NCBI GenBank assembly: GCA_907165135.1
Contig: OU015567.1
Span: 12,772,001-12,836,000, forward strand
DNA from: Oikopleura dioica
Taxonomy: Eukaryota > Animalia > Chordata
Length of the DNA stretch: 64,000 nt
Direction of reading: 5' to 3'
Position 1 is the first letter of the stretch. The number at the start of each line of letters is the position of its first letter. The position numbers were made by a program, and so were the translations under genes. Of the stretch, positions 1-11,179 are shown piece by piece. The notes under the pieces were generated by a model. The model was not told the DNA's origin. It did not search any database and saw only the letters and a program-made list of their open reading frames with translations.

Positions 1-684
1 CGAAAACAAGGGTTTTTAAGAGATTTTATCCGACTCGTCTTGCTCAATCGATCAGTATCGCGGGTGGGAAAAAGACTTCATCAGAAGATGTTCAAGAGCA
101 GTTCATTCTTGTGGAAACAAATTACAGAATTTACGCGTACACAGATTCGGAGCTACATTACGCGCTCATCTCTCTCTTTGCCGACGTTCAATACAGGAAA
201 GGCTTGTTACCAGCTTTACAGACTGTCTCAAAAAGGATATGCTGATAAGTCGGAATAAGATTCCCATACATGATTGTTGCCCAAATGTCACGTGATTCAA
301 TCCAGCAATCGGCCGATTATGGAATATCCGCAGAGCAGATTTTGAACTACTTGCGCTCGAGTGCCCACCCTGTGGCCAGGAAAAACAAGCACTGGGTTCC
401 ACAAGTACGGGCTTCTATAATTTATCTTTCAATAATTTCTTTGTTAGGTTGTATCAGATAACATCCATCTTTGGTGCAAAGAACGCGATCGATTGCAGTT
501 CAGCGACGGTCTTCTTTATCACCAGTTTTTGGACCAAGAAGCGTTTGAAATGTTGAAGAGTTATGCGCAGGATATCCGGGCGCTAGTTTGGTCGAACGAT
601 GATCGAAGGTTTATGGTTGTCGCGCCGTGGTCGCATGAGCAAATCAAGGGATACTACAAACAGATCAAAGACGGGATGATGTGA
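1..684 (+). CDS. GTF2H4: TFIIH subunit 4 (p52/Tfb2), 3' part; gene starts upstream of the window
   Basis: Spliced translation KRFYPTRLA...FILVETNYRIYAYTDSELHYALISLF-[intron 197-259]-RFPYMIVAQMSRDSIQQ...-[intron]-NIHLWCKERDRLQFSDGLLYHQFL...YYKQIKDGMM*. This matches the p52 C-terminal half (VETNYRLYAYT, RDRL-F-EG-LY-QF motifs). Confidence 0.93.
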
Positions 685-1053
685 CTCTCTTTTTTCTCTT
701 TCTTTCTGTACAATTTTAATACGTCATGTGATAATGTGTCGATTTTCCCACTGCCCTGTCTGATCCTCCAGCGACGCTCCTCACTTCCATTGTCGACCAA
801 GTGTGTTATTTGTCGTTTAACTCGCCATAGGCGTGAATTCGCCATATCCAACACATACGATACCTTTTTAACATCGGCTGTGATATTTAGAATGGCGAAA
901 GGGCTCGATAAGACAAAATGTTGAAAAAGAGAGAAAATTTATTCATTATTTAAATTTTCATCAACAATGTGGAGCTTTTTAAATTTATAAAAAAGAGGTT
1001 TCTTATTAAATATCAACATTTAGTTTATTTTTTTTAATTTCCCTTTGAAGAGG

Positions 1054-2156
1054 ATGATTATCGAGCCTGATTTAAAGTCGAAGCAAGCGACCTAATCAGA
1101 GATAGTCAAACAGTTTCATGTGAAAAGCTAGCGAATGTAAAAATCACGACAAAAGAGGATGCAGCTCCAATTGTCAAGGCGATTGAGTCCGTCGACAAAC
1201 TCGTCACGCTCAACATCGACGGGATCTCCTTGGGAATCGACGGAGCGGAAGCAATCGCAGATGCGATTTCGAAAACTCCGACGTTGAAAAACTGCGAGTG
1301 GGGCAACTGTTTCAAGGCCAGAATGTTGGAAGAGATTCCTCCAGCGCTGATAAATCTCGCGAAGGGTTTGGACAAGTCTGGCGCTAGAATCAAAAAGTTA
1401 GATCTGTCAGACAACGCTTTTGGTCCAAACGGAGCCCGGGGAGTTAAACCTATTTTGGAAACAGACGCATGTTTGGAAATGGAAGAGCTCTTATTGAACA
1501 ACTGTGGACTTGGAGAGGGAGGAGGCGAAATCGTCGGAGCAGGGCTCGAAATCCTCAATGAAAACATCAGAAAAGCAGGACTTACACCAAAACTGAAAAT
1601 CTTTATCGCTGGACGAAATCGCCAAGAAGTCAAAGGCAGTGCCGCCTTGGCCGTTGGGTTCCAAAAGCTTGGCAGTTTGGAAGAAGTAACAATGCATCAA
1701 AATGGAATCACATGGAAGGGAGCAGCAGCGCTGGCCGAGGCTTTCAAGCACTGCCCTATGAGATTGATAAATTTAAACGACAATATTCTCACTGAAAAAG
1801 GAGCTCACGCCGTCGCCCTTGCTTTGAGACAGATTCCGACTTTGGAAATTCTCGATCTTGGAGATTGTCTTCTTCGTGATAAGGGAGCTCAATCTCTCGC
1901 TGCTGGTCTCAAAAGCTGCCCTAATATCCACACTGTTATTTTTTCATATTCTGCGGTGAGAATCGAAGGAGCTTTGAAAGTTCTCGAAGCTCTTCCGCTT
2001 GATCAGATGGAGAAGATCGACCTTGACGGAAATTGCTTCGGGGATGAAGGCTGTGAGCAATTACAAGCTATCAGTGAACTAGGTAAGGAGAATCTATCGG
2101 TTTGAAGAATGAGTAATTTATTGAAAAGTCAGGATTAGTTTCACATAGATTTATAA
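1054..2156 (+). CDS. RANGAP1: RanGAP1-like LRR GAP domain, copy 1 (N-terminal unit of the tandem locus)
   Basis: ORF 1230-2105 has the RanGAP motifs CEWGNCFKARMLEEIPPAL, LDLSDNAFGPNG, LKIFIAGRNRQE, LEEVTMHQNGI, LDLGDCLLRDKGA and LDGNCFGDEGCEQL. Donor GTAAG at 2083. The start codon and first small intron are tentative. Confidence 0.85.
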
Positions 2157-2476
2157 GAAGCCGGGCTGTATGCCGCTCATCAAACAGATTCTGAATAAAA
2201 TCATATGATTTATTCAATTTTCATAACAGCTCCCGTTTTTCACCGGGCCTTCAGAATTATCAAAAAACGTACGTTGTCGGGAAACCGTTTGAATTTACCG
2301 GGAAAAGAACCGGGTATTCAGCAAGAAGTTGTCCTTTTTCTTTACTTTCCTTCCTTTTCGCTCGCTGGTAGATCAGCTTACACGCATTTTCATGGAAAGA
2401 TCGAATACAATTTTTTCCGAATGTCGTCAAAAAACCAGTTGATCACCTGATCAATATCTTTATGGTTGTCCTTTAG

Positions 2477-4650
2477 TTGGCGATTTGGAAAATGACGAAG
2501 GTGATGAAGATGAAAGCGAGAACGAAAATGCTGTGACAGATTCAGAGGATGAAGCCGAGCATTACCAAGAATCTTCTGTCGACATTGTCACGGAGCTTCA
2601 AGTTGGCTGCATGAAAAACGTCGCCCTTGGTAATGAGCCGAGTGCTGTTGACGAAGAATTCGAAGCGATGCTTGAAGAAAGCACGACAGTTGATTTCCAC
2701 GGAAAGGGACTCAAGGGTAAGCCAATCAATCATCATTAGACGAGGTGCACCTGTCCAACCTTTTTATTCAGTGAATGACGAAAACGATGCGCAACCTATC
2801 ATCGATGCGATAAACCAAAAGGACCGATTGATAACGCTCAGACTTTCAGGAAATACACTTGCACCGGAGGGTGCCAAGGAAAGGAATTTTGAATTTTGAA
2901 ATCATGGAAGAGACCGACTCTAAAAAATCAACCACTTTTACATTCCAAGAAAAGGCGATAGCTTTAGCACTAAAAGGTCGAAATGAGCTTCAGCATTTGC
3001 TCCTCGCAGATATCTTCACTGGCAGATTAAAGGATGAAATTCCAGTAGCGATTCAACATTTGAACGATGCTCTGAATCTTGGAGAGGGATGTCGTCTTCG
3101 AACTTTGGACTTGTCTGATAACGCGTTTGGTCCTAACGGTGCCAAAGCTGTTGAACCATGGCTCAGAACAAAGTGCTGTCTCAAATTGGTTTCTCTGAAT
3201 TGACATAATTTTACGTTAATACTTTTTTAGCAAAACTTACTGCTAAACAACAACGGTCTCGGCGTTTTCGGAGCCAAAATGATCGCTAACGGTCTTGGCG
3301 ACCTGTTCAAGCTCTCGCAAAAACTTAACGTGAAACTGATGCTACGAAAATTCATTGCTGGGCGAAACAGACTTGAAATCGAAGGAACTGCCGCACTTGC
3401 TGAACAATTTGGAAAGATTGGAAGCCTCGAAGATTATCAATCGCCGCAGAATGGAATTCAAGCGAAAGGAATTGAAGCGCTCGCGATCGGTTTATCTACG
3501 AACTCAGGCCTAAAGGTAGTGGTTGTACTCTTGCTTTTTCATAATCTTAGTAGATACTGAATATCAATGACAACATCGTGACCGAACGAGGCGTGGCCAG
3601 TCTTGTGCCCGTGTTTAAAAACTGCAAGAAACTCGAACGTCTCGACCTTGGGGATTGTTTAATTCGCTCCAAAGGTGCGAAAATCGTCGCAGAGAATTTG
3701 CCCGGGCTTCCTAAACTGCGGCAAGTCAATCTCAGGCTTGTGTTTTCACAACATAAATATCAAACACGATTCACGCCAAAGAAAGGCATTTAAACTTTGA
3801 ACTCTCGAGTCTGAAAATTACTCTGTTTGAAAGCACATGGAAGTTTTAACGAAGTCAACGCTAACGCTGGGCTTGCCGTTGCTAATGCTTCTGGCAGTTT
3901 GAAACTCTTGGAAAGCTTGAATCTAAATGGCAATCAATTTGGAGAAGTCGGTTGTGAGGAGATTCTGGAAGCTATGAAAGGTTTTTTCGAGGCTTTGATG
4001 AATATCCTTTCTCATAAATATTTTAGCTTTAAAATCAGAACACAAACTAGTGGAATTAGACGAAGACAACGGCGAGCCAGACGAAGAAGACGAGGACGAC
4101 ATTGCATCAGCAACTGTTGAGGAATTTGTCGAGTCACCATCTCTGGAGACCTTCCTCGGCCTCGGCGAGGGTAAGACCCCTTAAACTTCTTTAAAATGAG
4201 CTCATTATGCTCCTAATGAAAAAACGTACGACGCCGGGTCGCGTGTTTAGTACCAGTAAAGACTTTATGTCTTTTATGCTCGCACTTTCGAATTTTGACG
4301 AGTTTTTTAAGATCGTGTGGAATTGCTTCAAAAAGTCACTGGACAAGCTAAAGAAGCTGCTGAGTTAGCTGTTAAGCTCATGGGCTCCTGTAACCGCAGT
4401 AAATTGCAAGAATCGAATGTCATTTCAGTCGAAAAGGCGCTTGATATGCTGCTGCGAAGTTTGTTCAGGCTAGTGATCAGAAACTTTTTTGTTTTGCATA
4501 ATTTATTGGATATTTTTGATATTTCGGGCAATAGATGAATAGCATTTTTTATCAATAGGCGTGAAGTCAGAAAGGCGCACATGTCAGAAAACGATGGTTG
4601 GAAGTTTTACGATTTTCTTTTTAAATACTATTGAATATGTACAGGGATGA
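2477..4650 (+). CDS. RANGAP1: RanGAP1-like LRR GAP domain, copy 2, with acidic tract and C-terminal domain
   Basis: Exons encode an acidic linker, then VDFHGKGLK|VNDEND, LRLSGNTLAPEGAK, LADIFTGRLKDEIP, LDLSDNAFGPNG, FIAGRNRLEIEG, PQNGI, LDLGDCLIRSKGA, LNGNQFGEVGCEEI, an acidic DEDNGEPDEEDEDD tract, FVESPSLETFLGLG and a probable GVKSE tail. The last exon and stop position are approximate. Confidence 0.88.
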
Positions 4651-4749
4651 AGTAGAATCAAAGTATACAAGAAGTGATAAAATTATCGGTTTCGAATTGA
4701 AGTTACATTGGATAGAAATGAGTTCGGAAGAATAAAGATAGAGTCAACC

Positions 4750-6325
4750 TTACATTGTAAATTCTAATGCGCCGAGGCCTCCTACAGTCATACTTGTTGG
4801 ATCGGACCAGTAGCTTGAGTCTGGCGAGCCATTCGGATCAGGTCCCCAGGTGAGGGCTGAGTTTGGATCTGGATTTCCTCCGCTTCCATACATGGCGTCG
4901 AAAGCATTTCCATATCCGCCGCCGCAGTAGAATTGATCGATTCCGGGCAGACCAGAGCTAGACTGATCGCTGGCAAAGGAAACAGCGCTGCCTGGGGAGG
5001 AGTCTTCCAATCCAGTACTGTAATATCCGTTCTGACACCAGTCGTTCATTGGCGGCATGCTGAGCGGCGGCGAGCCACTTTCATGTGCAGGCAGCATGGG
5101 ATCACCAAGCACGGTGGATCCATCGGGCGAGAAGGTTCTCACAGGTGCTTGAATCGGGATACCCATTGATTGACTGTAGCTTGGCATCATGTTCTGCGAG
5201 CTGAAGTCGATCGAGCTCACTGGCTCTGATTTGGCAACGGGAACTGGTCGTTTGTACGGCTGAGTACGGTTCTCAGCTCGCTTTCGACGGTTGTTCTGGG
5301 CAGCGCTACGGCCATTGTTGCTGTAACTACTGCTGCCAGAGATTGGGAGGTAATCGTTCTGTTTACGCTGCTCAGCGTCGAGGAAGGCCTTGGCGAAGGG
5401 GTTGTGTCGGATCTTGAGTGAAGTGATCTCTTCGTTCTGGTAGGCGGTGACAGCGATGAATCGAGTCATCGGAAAGGGCTGGGTCTTGACGAATTCTTGC
5501 GCTCCAGCGGTTCCGCCGATTTTGATTATGTGAACTCGAGGCTCGTATTTGTGAAGCGAGTGGAGCATGATCTGCTGGCCGTTGTGCTGGTTGAGTTTGT
5601 TCGTGAGCTTGACTTTTGAGAAGCTAAGGGGCTGCTTCATCCAGTGCGAGCCAAAGTTTGGCGAGTCGGGGTGCATGTAAACGCAGGAGGGAACCTGAAA
5701 ATTTTGGTTAGAAAAGATATGTATTTCTGTAGCGATAAATCACGCAAGTAATGGGGAGATGTTCGATCAACCTTATTTTTTGCTCTAAGTTATTCTTGAT
5801 TGATTGTTTGCTCAACGAACAAGTTAGACTTGGACATGAGAATCAAGAGAACGACATAAAACTGTCTGTATTTGGTAGTTATCTTGTAAATTACCACAAA
5901 TGATGAAGAGATAAATTACCTGTGGTTCGGGTTTTCCGCCGGGGACCCATTCGCCGTTGACGTACTTCCAGCGGTGATTGTCTGCTGCGGTGAAGTCGAG
6001 AAGGACGGTATACATGGCATTTTCGTCCAAGCCCTTTGTTCGGACCTGAAAAATTGAATTAAAATCAGTTTTCTGATGACTCTTCTTATACTGACTATTT
6101 GGAATTTTCATTTTCTCTTACCTTCATTACTGGGAACATTCGTCGGCCATTTTTGGTTACGATCATTTCGTTCGTCAAGTTGGAAAATTTGTTCCAGAGT
6201 GGTTCATCTTCGAGTTTGACCTGTAAAATTGTTTTAAATTCCTATTTCACTATCGAAAATATTACCTCGATCTGGTCGGCTTCGCTTGGGGCATCTTCGA
6301 TTTTGATATCGAGTGGGGACATCAT
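4750..6325 (-). CDS. T: Brachyury (T) T-box transcription factor
   Basis: Minus-strand exons give [20 protein letters not shown]|[33 protein letters not shown]|[42 protein letters not shown]|...[13 protein letters not shown]...[14 protein letters not shown]...[43 protein letters not shown] and HPDSPNFG are diagnostic of the Brachyury subfamily. Confidence 0.97.
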
Positions 6326-6686
6326 CTCTGATTTGAGTCTCTGGATAATTTTTGTCACCCAAATGGAATATTTCAGACTGTTGTGAGAAATCTATCCGGG
6401 TTAATTTAGGCACACGTGGTGGGGTTGGTGAGTATTGAAATTCGGATTTTTTGCAGCTATCTGTGAAAAGCTCGTCAATCACTTTGAGGGTCGAGGTTTT
6501 TCTGAGTCTTCTTATGTAGAGCTGTAGCGGGAGGGAGCTATTTGTTTAGTTAGTTGAAGGCAACAACGAGTAAAAGTTGTGTCCTGCTGGGGCGCACCTA
6601 TCACCACCGCGCACGCGCACCCTGCAATGCGGAAAATTTCAAGAACATCAGATACCGATCTACATCCGGGATTATCAAATTTTCGG

Positions 6687-6694
6687 CTTTTATA
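6687..6694 (-). promoter_or_regulatory. Candidate TATA box (TATAAAAG) of Brachyury
   Basis: Plus-strand CTTTTATA reads TATAAAAG on the minus strand, about 360 nt upstream of the Brachyury ATG. Motif match only. Confidence 0.35.
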
Positions 6695-7929
6695 CGCTTG
6701 ATATACAAGTTCCTCCATTCGAACTAAGATTGGTCAGACGATTCTTAGTGACAATAAAATGTATTTTTATAACGTCAATTATCATTCTTTTGAAACTAAG
6801 AGACCCGAAAAGGATTATATAATCAAATATAATTGAAAAGATGTGACAGTGACACTGTTACTCAATCGTTTAATCTAACCTGGTCTGTAAAATGAACCAA
6901 AAATTTATTGCATTCTATCTGATCGTCCTTGATTTCAAAATCTCTATTCAAAATTAAAATCGGGTAGTTTTCTTCAACCCTTTTTGAATCTGGCCCTAAT
7001 GAGCCTTACCTTATTATCTTTGAGCTTCCGTCGACCGGCTGAGTAAAAAAGGGGATTTTTCGGAATTGCCTAAAACAACACAAAAGTTTGGCGTTTCATG
7101 TCTTATGTCGATGCACCCGTCGTTTTGAACACTTCGTTGTTTGTCGTACAAGCATAGTTCAACTGGCCATGATTTTTGTTGCAACAAATAACTTTACTTT
7201 TCGCACTCCAAACCTCCTCCAAAGAAGACGAGCATGATTTATTTGATTCTTGCACCTTCTACGGAGCTTGACTCAGAGTTGGGTCAGAAGCATGTGATTC
7301 TTACTTGATTCTTTCCCTTTTAGGATACTCACAGAAACTTCGAAGGGGATTTAGAATCTTGTATTGAATATACTGTACTTTTGATCGCTAAATATCATCT
7401 TGTTGACGTCTTTACTTTTAATTATCTTTTGAAAGTTCGTTTTATTGGTCTTAATTTTTCGTAAACTTTTGAGATCGAGCTTGGAAATTTTTTTGAGTTG
7501 GCCGAAAGCATGACTAGATTTTTGGAAAATTTCTTCGAAGGGGTGGCAAATGTTCTCAGTTCGGGGGATTTTATCTGTCAATCACAGAGCGATAAGGCAT
7601 TAATTATTATTCTTCTGAGCTTCCCCTAAACACGGCTCTGGGCACACATCAACACATTTATGTAAAGCGAGTAGTCTTGTTTGGCAAAATGTCAGTCAAA
7701 AAGTTATCAGAAGCCGGTAAGCTTGCAGCACCAGGCATTTTGAGTGACAGGTAAAATGCACTGGGAAGTGAGAGAATTTTGCAGAGGATCAGCAGCTGAA
7801 TTAGGCACATTTGTGAGAGGTAGTTCTGTATTTGAGCTCCAGTTTGGAATTTTTTATGAATCAGTTTGTTTCCTGGTCAATTGAACTGAATATAAAATAA
7901 AGTAGCGTCTCATTTATTTGAGCCGGAAA

Positions 7930-8587
7930 TAGATCTTCCCGTTCCCAAACAGGATCAAGAGAAGTCCTCCTACGTCCGGTAGTACTACCATTTAGCACCT
8001 TTCGCCATATTTGCGAACAGGGCCGATCCAGGAGCCCGATATCAATCAGCTTAAAAACATAAGCAAATAGTTTTCTCTTCTGAGCACGAGATGAAAGACA
8101 TCCGCCGATGGAGGCGACCGCGGAGCTCTTCGTTGAACTCGGCCTTTTGAAAGCAGAGGACGACTGCCGACGGAAGCGACTCACACGTCTAATTGACCTC
8201 AAAAACGTCTACTCGTGGCTCAAGACCGAAGTTACAAAGGTATTTACATTTTTATATGCTGACCTGTTTCTTCTTTGATATCTGAGCCTTTGGTAATATT
8301 CAGTTGGTTCAGGATTATCGATAAAACTTCGCAATTAGACAGTAATACTCTTGAATTTCATTTAACAGAATCATCATCTGAAAATCTTGGAACACAACTC
8401 AGAAGCTTCATTGAAATTTTTGACCTTCGATGGCCATCTGCAATCTACGATTCTTACACAGAGTCTCTTGTAGAAGGGCCCTTCTTTGATTAAAATTTTA
8501 GCCCTACTTTCCGCAAATCACGAAAAAGTACCTTCTTACTTTCCTCAACCAGAAGAACGTCAAAAGAATCGCTTCATCTGCCTGTGA
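7930..8587 (+). CDS. Possible small multi-exon hypothetical gene
   Basis: Short open segments flanked by plausible splice sites, e.g. MEATAELFVELGLLKAEDDCRRKRLTRLIDLKNVYSWLKTEVTK then GTATTT at ~8240, and ESSSENLGTQLRSFIEIFDLRWPSAIYDSYTESLVE. No recognisable family; boundaries uncertain. Confidence 0.3.
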
Positions 8588-10411
8588 CGATCGAGCAGTG
8601 CTCCTCTCAGCTCTGTACAAATTCTAGAGTACCCAAAACCCTTCACCCAAACTCAATCCTAGTCTAAATTACGTTTTCCTTCACTTCACTGCTACCCTCA
8701 CTCCTGCACCTGACCCTTCTAGTTCAAGTTCAAACGGCCGAGATTAATCTTACTCGCCGCATATCTTTTGGGCACGCCGCCCCGGGGCAAATTTGAGGAC
8801 GGATTTTGCTTTTCGCGGAACTTTGTCGGATATTTTGCCTTTGATTTAGACCGAAATAAACTGCCGAAGAAATGTTGTTTTAAAACTGTAATAAACACAG
8901 TACCTCTTAGATTCTTCCTATTTTCTTATCAAGGCGATTTTATTGTGGTAATAAGGATATTTCAGCAAATGCAAAATTGCTTGATTGAAGTTGAATTTAC
9001 GTCAGTAGATGATTTATTAGAGTTAATGTAACTCGAGTTATGAGAAGTTACGAAACATATAAACTGAATTTAATATGACTATAAATCATAGACTGACAAT
9101 AAAATGCAGTCATCGATGTGTCCCATTATATTATCATGAAAGCATTTGTTTAATCAGTACCAGGAGCAGCTCGATTTCAAGTTGAAAATCAAAGTAGGTG
9201 TAACTTTGGGATTACAATTTGTTCCGCAAATTGGCGATTTCGCAACGCGCATGTTCCGTACTTCCGCTCACTCCCGCTGCAAGATTTACTCTGGCCGCGG
9301 GCACGAGCCAAATATTTTCACTCTAATTGCATTGTATTCTTTTACAAAGTTACTTTTGACACTTATGCTTCAAAATTCCATTCTAGTCCGGCCGTAAACA
9401 CGAGCTGACACGCGACGGTTTTCTTTTTAATTTGAAATCGAAATTATGCTGAAAAGTTAAAATTTTATTGCTTTACGAGCGGATGCATAAGCGTTTTATT
9501 CCAAGTTTTCATGAAAGAAATTCAAACTCGATTTCTGACAAACTTTTTACAAGTTCGTTTTATGCAATTCTTGCTCAAAAGAACACTAATTATGTGAACT
9601 AAAGTTTCGATTCAAATTATATTAATTCATATAAAATGACAAGTTGAAAAGCTGTAGCTTTCGATAGCTTTTCGTTGACGAACCGTAAATCCAGATTTGC
9701 ATTGTTTTGTGATCAGCTTGAGCGTCATAAATTGATGAACAATTGACTATCGTTTTTGGGCAGTCAGACTTCTCCATTGAGCAGTATCAATTCGGAGCGG
9801 TTATGGAGAAAAATGAAAGTAAAGTTTGAAAGATCGCGCATTCATGATGTTTAGTTACTGTAACGACAGAGTAATGAAATGAGTCACTCTATGATTACTG
9901 TAGCATTGTTTGTTATTGATTTAAAGATTCATCCAGTGCTTCATTTTTACATCCGCCTTACTTTCATTTTTCTTTAAAATCAGCAGCAATGAAAGTCAAT
10001 TACCAAAAGTGAACCAATAAATCACCGCTGCTTCCGGTTACGATAACCGCTTTTCTAGGCGCTTTCATTTTTCTTTTTTTTTCGGCTTGAAGCGCTTATT
10101 GGCCCGCTCGTTCGTTTTCCTCGAGAAAGAGATGCTTGTTTTGGCGAAGAAGTGCGAGCTTATCCCAAAATAAGTGGAGAAGACAAGATGAAACGAAACC
10201 CAGGAAAAATAAGAGAGATCTGTCCAATAACGAAGAATGATATGAAACACTAACTTCTGATAGTTGTTGGTTACCCATTGTTGGTTGCTTTACTAAATGA
10301 AATGCGAATAGAAAATTGTAATTTGTTCTTCGTGAAGAACATTACCGATCTGTAGAATATTTCATAATGATGATAAAAAAATGCTAATGAAATGAAAATT
10401 ATAGATTGAAA

Positions 10412-10815
10412 ATGGCTTCATTCACTAACCCGAACCACGGAAATGACCTCCCGGGCTCAAGCCAGCCTTCCGGACTCGATCAGACAAAAGCACAGGTTGA
10501 TGAAGTTGTTGTTATTATGAAGCAAAATGTGGATAAAGGTACAATACAAACATCTTATGAATGCTTTTAATTTTGAATTTAGTGCTCGAGCGAGACGCAA
10601 AACTCAACGAACTTGACACTCGAGCTGATGCCCTCCAACAAGGAGCCGCCCAATTCGAAACAAACGCAAATTCTCTTCAACGAAAATTCTGGTGGCAGAA
10701 TATGAAGACGAACCTGATCATCGTCGGGGTCGTCGTTCTCATTATTGTCATTATCATCCTCGTCTCTGTCTTGCCCAACTCTGGCGGCGATAACAGCGAT
10801 GACAGTGGATCCTAG
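10412..10815 (+). CDS. Synaptobrevin/VAMP R-SNARE (VAMP2/3-like)
   Basis: MASF...[21 protein letters not shown]|[42 protein letters not shown] followed by a hydrophobic TM segment. One short GT-AG intron. An AG acceptor (TTATAG) lies just before the ATG. Confidence 0.95.
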
Positions 10816-11179
10816 ATCTTTTTAGCCTTTTCTTCAAACATTCGTGATTTATAAAATTCTGTACATACGAAAAAATTGCTGATTAATCAATTTATGAATA
10901 TTATAACTTTTTGACAGTCGCTCAATTCCAAGTCCAAAGAATAAAGAAAAAACTCCTACCTTGCAGATTCTGTTCATTTTTTCTAGTGCATCTATTATTC
11001 TATTATCGATCATTGTGAATTCAATCAAAGAAAGAAACTCTTCAAACTAGCTTCAGTTCAGCTACAGTACTTCAGTCTAATTATTCTATTATTCTAACCC
11101 CTCTTCTGTTTCTAAATTTCTTCAAAAAAATGCAAGTAGCTGATAATAACCAAACCTAGTTCAAGAGAAAGGGAGACAC

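Noticed and set aside
1106-1633. 175-aa minus-strand ORF
   Set aside because: Antisense shadow of the RanGAP LRR exon; no independent motifs.
6382-6389. Su(H)/CSL site TGTGAGAA near the Brachyury ATG, by analogy with the ascidian enhancer
   Set aside because: A single degenerate 8-mer is expected by chance about every 8-10 kb; no cluster seen.
10065-10278. Two overlapping ~60-aa hydrophobic minus-strand ORFs upstream of VAMP
   Set aside because: Either frame could be a small membrane protein, but there is no family match and I cannot choose between them. Not supportable without expression data.
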